From: Geosiphon pyriformis uo1
Lineage: Eukaryota; Fungi; Glomeromycota
DNA: 64,000 nt
Assembly (NCBI GenBank): GCA_016748015.1
Contig: JAAOMT010000590.1
Location: 615,912 to 679,911, forward strand
Direction: 5' to 3'
Shown: one piece after another, positions 40,021 through 53,224 of the stretch
How positions within the stretch are numbered: position 1 is the stretch's first letter
How the letters are laid out: every line of letters begins with the position of its first letter
Translations under genes and position numbers: made by a program
Notes under the pieces: generated by a model
What the model saw: the letters and a program-made list of their open reading frames with translations, nothing else
The model's database searches: none
Told to the model about the DNA's origin: nothing

Positions 40021-40065
40021 TATATAGATAGCGGTTGGGCCACACTTAAGCAATTAAAAAAAAAA
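40021..40065 (+). mobile_element. Very short LINE 3'-end stub with A tail
   Basis: TAGATAGCGGTTGGGCCACACTT..A10 resembles the copy-1 terminus TAGATAGCAATTGGGCTACACTC (154-176). Confidence 0.55.
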
Positions 40066-40148
40066 TTGTTATCAAATGTAATATCCATAAATATGATTTT
40101 TTGTGTGTGTACGATTACTACATAAGTAAGAATTTTTATTTTCGTTCA

Positions 40149-42008
40149 ATGACTAATAAAGTCCAGGAAGCTTCAGAAACGAATTTTGTCAGTAACATGT
40201 TCGGTCCAATACAGTTTTTTACAGGTAATTACCCTGAATTTCAATTAGGAATGCGAGTGGGAAGAGGATCTAGAGGAAAGAAGTGAATGAGTTGTTAACT
40301 TGTTAAGGCTTTTCGATTATGAACTTGGGATGGGGTTTCTGGGCGGAATTTAGGCTCAGTCTCGATTTGTATTAAAGGTATTAAAACTAGCCGAACAGAA
40401 TATAGAAAATTTCATATGAAAAGAGATTTAGCTCTTTTTTGATATTGGACACCCCCCCCCCCCCCAAGAATGCTGCATATAGAGATAGTATTATATGCTC
40501 TATGCGTGGTGATCAGACCGAATTATTGATAGGAAAATTACAATATTCTGTCCTTTAATTTGTTCTTATAAAATGATTGATTAATTAGGGGAATTGGAAA
40601 TAGAATTTTTAAGCTACAAGAGTCCTCGATAGCAAAAATACATAGCATTCATTCTTAATTTTTGAAAACACATTCTATCCATTTTTCATTTAATTTTAAG
40701 GAAATGGAATAATTTGAATAAATTCTTCAAATAATTGATAAATTCAATATCTTTCTTGATTTAATTATTTATTTCAATAATCATCTCATCAAGGTATTTA
40801 TTCTTCAATTTTTCTCACATCCTCGAAAATTTCCTACCCATCCTCCGCTTCTCAACATACATTAGATGTCCTATCAGGCGCTGTTCAATTGCTAAAACCA
40901 ATATTCTCTGGAATTCTTGCGGTATTCCTCTTCTGGTCCTCAATGAGCTTCATTTCACATACTTTTCAAAAGGATCTGTCCTTGGTAATATGTCGTTTCC
41001 CACTCTCCTCATTCATCCCATTATGTCAATCTCCAATCCCGGATTTCTCACATCTTGTAACAAGACAAGTAGAAACTTATGAACAAATAATGGATCAAAC
41101 ACTTTCACAAAACAGTAATACTGCTTCATTGGCTTTAGATATAAAAAAAGCTGAACTCGCTACTGGAGATTTAAGGACTTTGGTCAAATATTCATCATTA
41201 TCAATTGCACCAGAATTAGTGAATCGATTGAATGATTTTGTTGATAAGGCGAGAACGGTTGGAAGAAGTTTACAAGTTTTACAGTCTAGGACGAGATCAT
41301 CATTAGATAACTTGATCACATATAATCTATTTGCATTAAAAGCATTGGAAAGTGTTAGGGATGGTAAAGCTAGTGGAAAGGACTTGGCTCTTGCTTATGA
41401 AAGGATGATGTCATTGGTGGAAAACGACCTGAGGAGAATGATTTTAGTTGGGCAAGAGACCCTTGGGAGGTAAGGAATTTTATTAAGAAATTCTTGATTT
41501 TAGTATTAATAATAATTAAATCAAATTATACTTTCCAATCCAACTCATCCACTCCCCCTACTCCCTGTTCATCTATCTCAACAGTTTAGCGGACTTGGAT
41601 ACAATGCTCCTCTCAATCCATGAATTAACTGCACAGGAAAAAACTTTACAAAGCTTGGAATACAATCGTCTTCTAGCACAACTTTGGTCATTTCTTGGAG
41701 GGAATATAGAAAAGAAAGCCATCTTTCGTGAAAATCTTGACTTACTTCAACAACTAGATTTTAAAAGACGTCATGCAGTAGGACAAATTCAAGCTACCTT
41801 GTATAGTTTAACTTCTTTTCAACTGGATTTAGAAGAATTACGTGAACAAGTTGTGATACCTACATTAATTGATATCCCTGTGGAAATACATATTGAGAAT
41901 GTTGGTAAAGGAATTGAAAGGCTGAGAAATAGTAGAGTCGCTATGAAGAGTATTGATAACGGGTCTTCGGCAAAAGGTGAGATTGGAAAAAAAATTAGTG
42001 AGACATGA
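40149..42008 (+). CDS. Conserved uncharacterised fungal TM + coiled-coil protein; exons 40149-40224, 40794-41469, 41585-42008
   Basis: In-phase GT-AG junctions; TM segment followed by ICRFPLSSFIPLC..PDFSHLV..LALDIKKAELATGDLRTLVKYSSL..LWSFLGGN. Confidence 0.75.
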
Positions 42009-42918
42009 TTTGAATTAGTAAGAAAGGGATAATGATTTATAAGAATTTGACGAATTTTTAAATGGTAATTTCAAATTAATGCCTATGAATACATAAATTG
42101 AATCCAGAAATTATTTTTAAAGGTTTATTAAATTGGAAATAGATATTTGATGAATAATTCGATTCGATTTAATTTATTAAATGGGATTCATCTTTTATTT
42201 TAGTCATTTTTTTTTATAATTAATTTTTATAATTTATTATTTTTCTAATACAAAAAAAAAATACTAATACATTTGTATAACACACACAATAAAAAAATAA
42301 CTAAAAACTGAAAATAAATTTTAAATGATTAAAAGTTTGTAATAATTATTTTAAAAGTCATAAGATTTTTTAATAATTAAGCCAATATCAAAAATAATGT
42401 TTTTTTTTTGACAACTTTTATTATTTTAAATTATAATACAACAACAAAAATTGGTTTTATTAAATATTGTAAACAAAAAAAAAATACTTTGTTAATAATA
42501 AATAAGTTTGCAAAAAAATTTAAAACTATAACAACTTAACTTACAAATACAAAACTTGAAAAATAAAAAACGATATTTATAAACAAAAATAAGTTTTTTC
42601 AATTACCAAAATAAACTAACAAACATTTTTAATAAAATTTAAATATCAGAAACATTTTTAATAATAATATGTATAAATATTTTTAAACAAAAATCAAAAT
42701 AACTTGAAATTAATTTTTTTTCATTACAAATTAATTCATTTGTTAATTAATTTAATTGAATAAATCCAACAATTCATTAATTATCAATCTTTATGAAATT
42801 AATAAAATATTTATACTTTATAGAATTTGTTGTCCAGAGTAAATTGTATAAACAAAAATTTTTACAACGCTTGAGAAAACAATATCCCAAAATTTTTTAT
42901 AAGTTAGGAATTAGCCAG

Positions 42919-44728
42919 TCATAATAAATCGTACTAGATTATGGATATATTAGAAAAGTTATCATCTATTAAGTACTGGTTCAATTAAATAAAACATTTG
43001 TAAGATACAAGACACTCACAAAGTAATCTAATCCTTGACCAACTTCCCATAACGACAATCCAGTACTGTAATCTTCTGCAAGATTGAGTCGAGCGTCAAG
43101 TGACTAATTAAAAAATAATTGAAATCTCAAATTAGACACCTATCTTGATATTGTAACCAGTATTCAAAAACATTATAACTAAAACCTCAAATTTAATCAT
43201 CCTGGAGACCCACTAACCTTTAAGGTAGGAAACCAAACAGTACGCTTAATGCTACTTTCTTCGTACTCGAAATGATGTTCCTTTGCTTCTGGATCCCATT
43301 TGATAGTTGATTTGTGTTTTTTCAATGTTTGTATTAAAGAATTTCCCAGAATTGGCTGCTGTCGTTGTTGGGATGGAATAAAATTTGTGCCGTACATATT
43401 TAGTCCAACCAATAATTTATCACGATTTCTATATGTAGGTGTGAATGCGAGGATATTATCTTCGATCCAATCTACATTTGCACTTGGCCCAGGTCTGAAA
43501 TAAAATAACAATCAAGAAAAAATTAGCGTTAAGGATAATCGTTCAAAAAAAATTAAAGTATCTTATAAGGAAACTCGAAAAAACGCGTCAGATGACATAC
43601 TTTTCTGCTGGTGAATAATCATACGTCATGAGTGAAAATCTATCGACAAACATGCTAAAATCTTCAAATTGTCCCGCAGTAAAAATTGGGGTATTTGGTT
43701 TTTTCGGATTGATTACGAGAATTAGTTCTTTGGATTGCTTATGTAACGCATCACCTAATTCTTGAATTACGTCGCGTAATAATGTTGGTATACCCATCTC
43801 TAATACTAAACCATCAAAATTTTGTTTCCTTTAAAAGGTTAGACAATGTCAGAAATTTTCTTTTTTTTTTTGAAATTCTATTAGGAAATGGTAATAAGAT
43901 AAACCATTTAACACACCTGCATTCCTCTACCAAAACTTTCGTAAACGCTTTAATACTATTAAACTCTGTTAACAATGCTTTATAATCATGTTCGGCCCAA
44001 CCTTCTGAACGAAAACGTGGTACAATCTTGCCACGTTTTTGTCCATCTATTTCTATACGAACTTCCTTAATCCAATTTTGATCCACATCATGCCCACCTG
44101 ATAATTCATATCTATTTGATCTGTAAAAAAGATGAGTGTCAATAATCCTGATATTAGCTCTATTCAGTACAATTTGAGTAAATACCTTCGATGTATATTA
44201 TACCATACAGGGCTTACACTGAAAATTCAATTTTTTTTACTAAAAAGTTTAGAAAACAATGAATCAAGATCTGAATACGAACTTACTAGTCAAATTTTCC
44301 CTTAAATATTTTCACAATATCGTAGCCTCAATTTTCATAAAAGTATAATAATCGTTGTAAGCTCTGCTAGAAAATTCCTGGATGATCAATTCTCACCATG
44401 ATTATTCCATGGGGTAACATATGCCAGCGTGAGACCACCCTCAAAATGCTTTATACCCGCATTTTGGGTATCATATTTATCATGTTGTGCGATTATATCG
44501 CCATACTACAAGTTATTTTATTGGATAAACGTTCAAGAGATAAATTTTCAAAAAAAATATGCGTTCACTCAATTCACAATGTCAAAAAACCCCCCAAAAG
44601 GTCACTTCAACCTTTAATGCTTCTAATAATGAGTGCTCAGCTGATAATACTTTCTTAAAACCAATCAATACGAAAATGAAAACGAGAAGAGAAGAACGTA
44701 AAAAGATATTCGAAGGAAAAATAGGCAT
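42919..44728 (-). CDS. CHID1: Chitinase domain-containing protein 1 (GH18-like, degenerate catalytic motif; multi-exon)
   Basis: Signal/TM N-terminus; TLAYVTPWNNHG; GGHDVDQNWI; FDGLVLE replacing DxxDxDxE; FSLMTYDYS; PGPSA; KLLVGLNMYG; ends GLSLWEVGQGLDYF|YDLL*. Confidence 0.9.
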
Positions 44729-44849
44729 GGTTTTGGATAAACTCAAGGGTTGATGTGGATCGAACATCTAGAAACTGAACACGTGCTGAATTTCTAAAAA
44801 TTTTTGTGCAGGTATCATCTGTTCGTAAAATGAGTATTTGATAATCAAA

Positions 44850-45839
44850 ATGTATCCTAGAACTTCGATATTTAGCGGTCTTTTTAAGAACTATACAAAA
44901 TTAAGATGTTCGTATATAATCACTAAAGGTAAAGCCAGCCGGCTCAGTATAAATCTCAAACTCGGCATTTGCAAACAATTTAAACTTTAAAATTCTTGCT
45001 TCTCTCCCCCAGGTTTCCATGCTTCTCCCTTACGCAAAGATGTAACACCTCTTAGAATGCCAGCTTTATCGCCTACCATGTTGGAAGGCTCGGTAACTAC
45101 CTGGCTTAAAGAAGAAGGTAGTACCTTCATTAATCTATTATCTGTCTGATTTCTTTATAATTTTTCGATATTTGACTCGTTCATTGAATCAGTTCGAAAT
45201 CTATAGGGCAAGCCTTTGCTGCCGGGGATCCGTTATTAGAGATTGAAACGGATAAAGCGCAAATGACTGTTGAAGCATCGGATGATGGGATTATGGCAAA
45301 GATATTGGTATGTAACACCAAATTTTTGTATGATTTGACTGACAATCTCCAATTTTTTAAACTAAATCTCATATGATCAACTCTGATTTCAAGACATCCG
45401 TGGGTCAAAGGTGTCCTGTGGGTACTATCATTGCATTAACGGCTGAAGCAGATGACGATATTTCTAATATTGAGATCCCTGCCGATCTTTCACCACCCTC
45501 TCCAAAACCCGCGATGACCCCAGAATCTGTTCCTCCAGTTGCAGATCACAGAACATCTCTGGAACATTCGGCTCCATTGTCACCGGCTGTTTTGCATATT
45601 CTAACTTCTAACGGAGTGAAAGATGTCACAAAAATCATTCCCACTGGACCCAAAGGAAGATTATTAAAGGGCGACGTGTTAGCCTTTTTGGGAAAAATAA
45701 AATTAATTCCTCCTGAAAGGTCGTTATCCCCAGCGGAACAAGCTGCTGCCCAACCGATTAAAAAAATTCCTAAATCAGAACCAAAACCTGTCCCCGGTGC
45801 TCAGGTATACGAAAGAATTCCAGGACTTCACATAATAAT

Positions 45840-45875
<36 letters not shown>

Positions 45876-46946
45876 TTATTATTTTAATTCAGTCTGACAT
45901 TCCATCAGAATATACTGATGAGAAATTATCCTCCATACGAAAAGACGAGGCAGAACGTTTAAATCGTTCGAAATCTACAATACCACATTCATATATCAAA
46001 AAAGATGTTACCGTTGACGAACTTTTCAGGTTCCGGGAAAAACTTAATGGTAAACATTTGATCTCATTTTCTTTTGACATTCATCAATCCCACACATTAA
46101 ATCAATTTAATCATTAGAACAATTAAAAACCGATGTATCAATAAATGATCTTTTCGTCAAAGCTGCATCATTGGCTTTACGAGGATCACCAAAAGTCAAT
46201 GTGCAATACGACCCGGAACTGGATAGTCTGACCGTTCAGAACTCGGACATTGACGTTGGTCTGGCTGTTTCCACTTCAACAGGTGTAACTACTCCTGTTA
46301 TCAATAAAGCAGACGAAAAAGGTCTGCAAACCATTTCTGAACTCTTAAGAGAATTATCAAACAAAGGCAAGGATAATCAACTTTCCCCAGAAGAATATCG
46401 TGGGGGCTCATTCAGGTACATTTATTTACTTAATTGACAATTAATTATAATATCCAATTTATAAAACTGTTAAATTTATTTCCCTTGAGCAGTATATCAA
46501 ATTTGGGCGCCTATGGAGTCGATGATTTTACAGGTATTATAAATCCGCCGCAGTCATCCATTTTAGCAATCGGAAGTGCCCGGTCGGTGGCAAAAATTCC
46601 AGACGTCGTTGATATAACGGATGAGACTATGATGAATGGCACGAAACTTTTTGAATATCTTGCTGGTGGTCTTGCCTCTCGGTCGTCAAAGTTTTCTTCG
46701 TCAGCACCTAGTGACAATGCGATAGATATTATCGAGTACCTCGGAGGTGTGACCCCCACTGCTAAATCCAAACCTCAATCGCTTCAAAAAGATATCGAAA
46801 GTAAAATTTCACCACGTGTAGAAACGAGCCAGGTGGTGACCGTACAACTGAGCATTGATGCACGGACGATTAATGAGACAGATGCTGCAGAATTTCTGAA
46901 TCGATTTGCGGCGTACGTCGAATCACCGGCGAGAATTCTTTTATAG
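44850..46946 (+). CDS. PDX1: Pyruvate dehydrogenase E3-binding protein (protein X), multi-exon
   Basis: Lipoyl domain [17 protein letters not shown]; [18 protein letters not shown]; acyltransferase-like domain in which the catalytic DHRxxDG reads DARTINE, predicting no catalytic activity. Confidence 0.82.
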
Positions 46947-48734
46947 GTTTAATTAGTCCATATATTTAATTTTTAGGATCCTAGGTATAGATATACTTGG
47001 GTGTTATCAAACCTGTTGAATCAGAAGTTAATCCAATATAAATTTAACTTTTTCGATTTATAAATGGGGGTGGTATAAACTTGCAGTCACGATGACTTGG
47101 ATATCCTATTATGCAAGAAATAAAATTGGCCCGAAACATTAAATAAAATTAAATAAAGGGACATGATCTCTTACTAGAACAAATAATGCAAACTTTGACG
47201 GTTAAATTCCCAAGATTTTTCTTAACATTGCTTGCGACAATTTGATTGTGGGTTAAAAATTTTCCCTTTTCTAAAAGCTAGTCTACATCCTAATGTCTTT
47301 TTTAGAAAGTGAACTAAATATTCATTAAATCTATCAAACAATGATGACGACTTGAAAAACTTCTCGGGATGCTAGGAAATAATGCTTTACCATATATGTT
47401 TAGCGATTATATTCCAGTGAAAAAAATATTTTTAATTTTGCCTTGGTAGAAAAGTATTCGGGAATGGCATAATATTCCGGCTTTTTTTCTGCCGATACCA
47501 ATAAAATCAAAGTTCAAATTCAGGATTATAACCAAACACAGAATAGGCTTTTAAATCCGAAGGAAAAAATACACAAATTATAAAGCGAATATATATATCA
47601 GATTGGGTTTCATCATGTAAAAACACGATATCATTTTAAAGGTTTTTCGTTGAGATTTTTTTTTTTACATTTACTGGCTTTGAAAGGACTAATAGTAAGT
47701 TATGAATTTGACTTTATGAAGGTTTTTATTTCACATTTCAATTATGAGAAAATGTCCTTTTAACGTCAATGAAATTCTGAAACTTGTTTTTCTAAAAATG
47801 GTTTGTAATCAGTATATATATATAATTTTTAACCATTTTTTTGTTTTTTAAATAATATTTAAACCTAAATTAACTTATATTTTGAAAACGAAAAATAAAA
47901 ATTTTACATGAAATGAAAAAAATTGTTGTGATGCATGATTTTTATATGTTTATATATTGTAGAGAAAAAAAAGCTTTTGTAACTTTTTTCTTATTAGTAT
48001 TTTTCTATAAATAAATGTATAAATGCAAAAAAAAAGAAAATATTTTCTCATTTTTTTCTATAAAATTCTTGATTAACACTAAATCTTATTACTGTAATAA
48101 TTTTCACACGTGACTAGCCTCAAGACTACAATAATATTTTTTGAGTTATTATTTTTTTAAAAAACCATAAAAATTTACTACTTATTTTTCAATAAATTAT
48201 AATTTTAAACAAATTTAATACAATTATTTAAAAATAATATCTTTTTTTATTTTCTTTGTAATTTATTAAATAAAATTATGTACAATAAAAGAATTATAAA
48301 TAAAAATTCCGGATATTTATGGATTAAGAATTATGCATTTACAACAAAATAGTTGAGATATCATGAATCGTTTTAATCTTGGAATTGGCATATCTCCCAG
48401 AAGTATCCAGTTGGCCGAAAAATTATGCATAATACTATATTAATTCAATAATGTTGTTGTACATGATTATAAATTGGAAAAACATTAATTTAGAGCTCCT
48501 AAAATCCAAAATTGAAATTGAAATTGAAAAAAGCACCTCCTTGCCCTTATTAACTATGGATCAAACAAAAGATTAACATCACTTCAGGTGTAAATCATCG
48601 TTCTTCCAGACCTCAAGTATAAATCACAAACGATATGAAACGATCTTTAGGAATATCAGGATTAATTTTCCATAAAGAAACCCATTCCACCCTAATAGCT
48701 TTCAAGATTTTGAACCGCTTCACCTATCTGTAAC

Positions 48735-50016
48735 TCAATCATTGCGACTGTTTCTGTGAAAGAAAATTAAAAAAATAGTTAGGATAGAGCGATTTATTTA
48801 ATGTTTTAATTTCCCAAGTAGATTTTAAATTAGAAACTCACCTGTACAAAGCTTCTTGTGTTACTTGCATTTCATCAATTTCAGGTGCAAGTTCCAAAAG
48901 GTTTTCATAAGCTTCCTTGTAAAAAGCCAATTGAGCGGTCACCAAATCAGCGAGATTACGGAGAGGTTCGGGCTAAGAAAGAGGACATAATAATAAATTC
49001 ATTAGATACAGAGATAAAATAATATATATTTAATGAAATCATCATTAACATCACATAATCCTACAACTTAAACATCTTAACCTAAAATAAATCATAATGC
49101 TCACCGTTTCGAGAACAGATCTCATTAAAGTTGTAGCTTCCTCGACGGCAGCCACAAACAAGTCTTCTGCTTGTTCAATTTCTAATCTGGCAGCTTCATT
49201 TCTTTCTGCTTTTACCGACTTATATCTAGCCTTAGCAGCATCTAAGGATAAACGTGTTGAATGAACATTTCTTCTCGCTTTCATCGCAAATTGAAGATTT
49301 GTATTCAAGGTGGTGGTAAAAGGTTGAACGAATTTCTGAGTGATTTCTGCATCCATTTTGATACGTTGGGCACCAATTTTTTCTTGAACAGCTGCATATT
49401 TTAATAAAGCACCCCCAAGTGGATCATCGGTTCCCAGTTGTTCAGCACCATGAGCAGATACACGCGCTAAAGCGTGTGGCAGCGTCTTTGGTAAAAGGTT
49501 CGTGGACGACGATTCACCATAGCGAGTGTCACCCTCCGCTGCGCGGTCTGCGGGACTTTGAGTAAGAAGCTTCAATTGATCTTGAACATTTCGTGACAAT
49601 TCAAAAACTGACTCTTGAAGTTGTCCAGGATAGTCATATGAAGGATTTGTGTGAACTCTAGTTACTCGTAACAAACTAACATGAACTGTGCGAAGAGCGT
49701 CGACCCGCTAATATTTATATAAAGTGAGTTTCCAGCGTATACCAGCAAATCGAACAGGTAACATTCGCAGAATGAGGTGATTATCTTTTTAACTGCACAC
49801 TTAATATTTACCTTTTCAAGTTCCTTATACTCAGCTGGAAGATCTGTTATCTCTTCCGCAGTGCCAAGTTTCTCTGAAGCGAACTAGTTTGTGCCAACCA
49901 GAAAGTTATGTAAAATCCTTTTGCCTTGCAAAATGAGACCAACTTTCTGCATATACCTGACGAACTTGGCCGATGCCTTTATTAATGACCAACAGCTTTG
50001 AGGCAATTTTATCCAT
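48735..50016 (-). CDS. GVP36: BAR-domain protein, Gvp36/endophilin-B-like (multi-exon)
   Basis: EKLGTAEEITDLPAEYKELEK|RVDALRTVH..YDYP..PKTLPHALAR..KARRNVHSTRLSLDAAK..EQAEDLFV..PEPLRNLADLVTAQLAFY. Confidence 0.8.
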
Positions 50017-50183
50017 GGCGACGTGTTGAGCGTGGTATATGGGAACCTCCTCCAACTGGCGTAAGTGTTATAAGCAAGCATAGAGACCATCAAATGATAT
50101 CACTTAATAGATCAAGCCAATCATCAAATTATCACGTGAATTGTATACATTTTTTAGAATCATTTGATTTCAAAGGCATATGA

Positions 50184-51523
50184 TTAGTTGTTGTAATCAC
50201 GCTTCACGATTAGATCAAATTCTTCCCTTCCTACAGCGTAATGCCGTAGATAATCGACTTCTAGAATGTGTATTCGTCTACCAACGATCACAAGAGAGTG
50301 TAAAGGTGCCCCAAAGTCCTCATTTGATAATTGATCTAATGTTCCTGCTTTAATTTTTTGTTCAACTGTTGAACCAAGCCGCGCGATTCCAATAGCTAAT
50401 GTGTGTTTGTTATAGGCTTTTTAGTCATTAATTGCAATGTAAAAATTGAGGATATATAATAAAATTTAAGGTTTTAATAGACATTTTTGAGAACAAAAAA
50501 GGTCAAACAGGAAAACTTACTGTTCTCTTTACGTTTCTCTTCAATTTCCAATAATTGTTTTATGGCTTGATTAATGGTCATGTATCGAGGTGGTTCATAT
50601 ATTTTACGACCTCTAAAGATCCAAAAAAATATTAATTATGGGATCTCAAAAAAAAAATTTAAAATCAAAGATCCTGGTATTATAAACCTTGCTAAATTCT
50701 CTACACTCTGCTCTTTAACTTTGATATCTTAATAATTTTGGAAATATTAATAAAAAACATTAAAAATAATAAAACTTCCTTAATTCACTAAAAAATTAAT
50801 TTTGAAATTGCCACGGTTGAATTGAAATCTTGGATATTATCCTAATTACCAAGCAAACAAAGGGTATGTAATCCCAATCCCCGATTTTCTTTTATTCGAT
50901 CATAAAAACTATCCGGTTTCCAGGATTCAGTGAAAAAGGGGATCGAAATCGTCTGGCCAAAATTATATAGTTGTAATCCACAAGCACCCACCGCGTTCAT
51001 AATTGATGCATTATGAATCGTTGTAACAGGAATATCGAGTTCACGTGCACGTATAATCAGATCGGTGTGAGTGGTTGCTCTAAATGAGAAAATAAGTCAA
51101 AGATTCCACATCGAATATATTTTATAAACCAAATAAAAAAATCACTGACCCAAAAGCATCCCCAACAACCAGGAAGGCGACATTAATGGTATCCGCGTTT
51201 TCAAGAATCACATGACTCTCTGATTCTACAAGTTCTCGGTCAGCAAGGATCAAATTCTTTTCATAAAACTTTTCCTAATATACAATTTTCATTAAGCATA
51301 GGAAATTTTTCATCTGGATGAAAGTCATTCAGAAAGTAACGCGATTTTAGGGACTAAAATTTGATTCTATATGAATCAAAAAATATACCAATTTTTCTTT
51401 GGAAACCATAAGAATACTCGTGTAAGCCTCAAGATAAACCCGCTCACAGTTTTTGATCGCATTGAGTCCTTTAATACTTATATCCGTCTCGTCAGATAGC
51501 CCTAGCCCAATAATGTATAACAT
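50184..51523 (-). CDS. DPH5: Diphthine methyl ester synthase (multi-exon)
   Basis: [30 protein letters not shown]; [10 protein letters not shown]; ATTHTDL; [22 protein letters not shown]; YEPPRYMT; [13 protein letters not shown]. Confidence 0.96.
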
Positions 51524-51669
51524 TTCCTGGTTGACTCAAAATTTTTTGACCTACCAAAAAGTGGAACTTTGTATCATCTGACATAATATTATTCGATTTT
51601 CTCGTGATTTTAATCTCATCACTCAACTTTATAGTAGATTTCTAATTTTTTAAAAATTGGTCAAACAAA

Positions 51670-53069
51670 ATGGTTCGCTTGCCTGTTGTATACCTAGTTC
51701 GTCATGGTATGTATTGAAAACTTCAGTTTTGACTCTTACTATTATTGAAAATCCCTTTCTCTTTAATTATTTGTTTAGGTGAAACTGAGTGGTCAAAGAA
51801 TGGAAAACATACTTCTACCACTGAATTAGAATTGACCGCGAAGGGTATAGAACAAGCTCGTGATTTATCGCGGTTTGTATTTGAAAATTCATGCCAGGGT
51901 AAGTAATTTGCCAAAGCAGAAAAAATTACATCGAGCCACCTAATGCCTTTGATTTAAGAACAGTAGCTTAAACATCTTTCCTTGTTGAATTTTTTGTTTG
52001 AAATTTTGTATATCATTTTAAGAGGAATAGCTGATTAAAATTTCATCCAAAGCTAAATTCCAAAACATTGGCCCTTAAACAACACATTTAATTGAATAAA
52101 TCACATTAATTTTTGAATGAATCAATGAAATGGTTCGTCTTATTTCTTGATCTACTATTTCTTTTTTGTCTTTCGGTCTCCAAAGACTTTGCCGATCCTA
52201 CCAACATCTCAAAAATTTACGTCTCTCCACGTAAGCGTGCACAACAAACCCTGGAAAATGTCAAACTACCAAATCGCGACCAGATCCTCACCGAGACTGA
52301 CCCCAATTTAGCCGAATGGAATTACGGAGATTATGAAGGGATTACCACCCATGATATACATAGCACCATTTATGCGTTCTGGGATATCTGGTCAGTATGA
52401 AAAAGAGGACTAGTAACTGATGCAAAGTATTTGGAGATGCGTTTTTTTATCTAGTTCAGAGGAAAATCGGGCCATAGTGGTTTAATATCCAAATATAAAA
52501 AGTGAATAATAAAACTACGATTTTTTTACGTGACAAATTGACCCACCTTTGGTTTTTTTTGTCTCAGGCGTGACGGATGTCCTAACGGTGAAACTATTCA
52601 ACAAGTATCTAATCGATGTGATCACGTAATTGCTAAGCTGATGGCCCTTCACGCATCTGTCCGTAGTCTATGGTTTGCCGTTCTTTCTCAGTTTTGTACT
52701 CTTTTCCAACTTGTACTAACATTATAAGATTCCCTTTAGCACATGGATCATAATCCTGACGGTCCAGGTGGGGACGTCCTTGTCGTGGCACATTCGCATT
52801 TATTGCGAATTCTGGCGGCGCGATGGTTAAATTTATCACCGAATCACGGACGGTACACAATTTTGGATACTGCGGTACGTTAGGTTCAAGATGAGATGTG
52901 ATTTTTACTTTATTTTTATAATATCTATTCGCAGAGAGCCTCAATTAATATTACTTATCATTCTTGTGGGCAAAAGAGTCTTAGTGTACTGGGTTATGAT
53001 CGATCGATGCGTGATCCCGTGATCAAATCGTGGAATGTCACAAGTCATTTGTTTCAAAAGAATACCTAG
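51670..53069 (+). CDS. Histidine phosphatase (phosphoglycerate mutase family, Shb17-like), multi-exon
   Basis: YLVRH|GETEWSKNGKHTSTTELELT; YVSPRKRAQQT; LAEWNYGDYEGIT; RDGCPNGE; DVLVVAHSHLLRILAARWL; SVLGYDR..WN. Confidence 0.88.
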
Positions 53070-53224
53070 CAACCGAATCTATGCGGAGACACGATTTAAT
53101 ATTTTCTATTAAATAGCTAGTAATTCCGAACGCTAGGTTTTTATTTAAGCATGCATCATTTTGGATATCAAATTTGTGGAATTCATATTTGCAAACGCCT
53201 TTATATATATATCTTTTGAATTCA

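Noticed and set aside
47340-47430. C/D snoRNA starting at ATGATGA
   Set aside because: No nearby CTGA D box or terminal stem.
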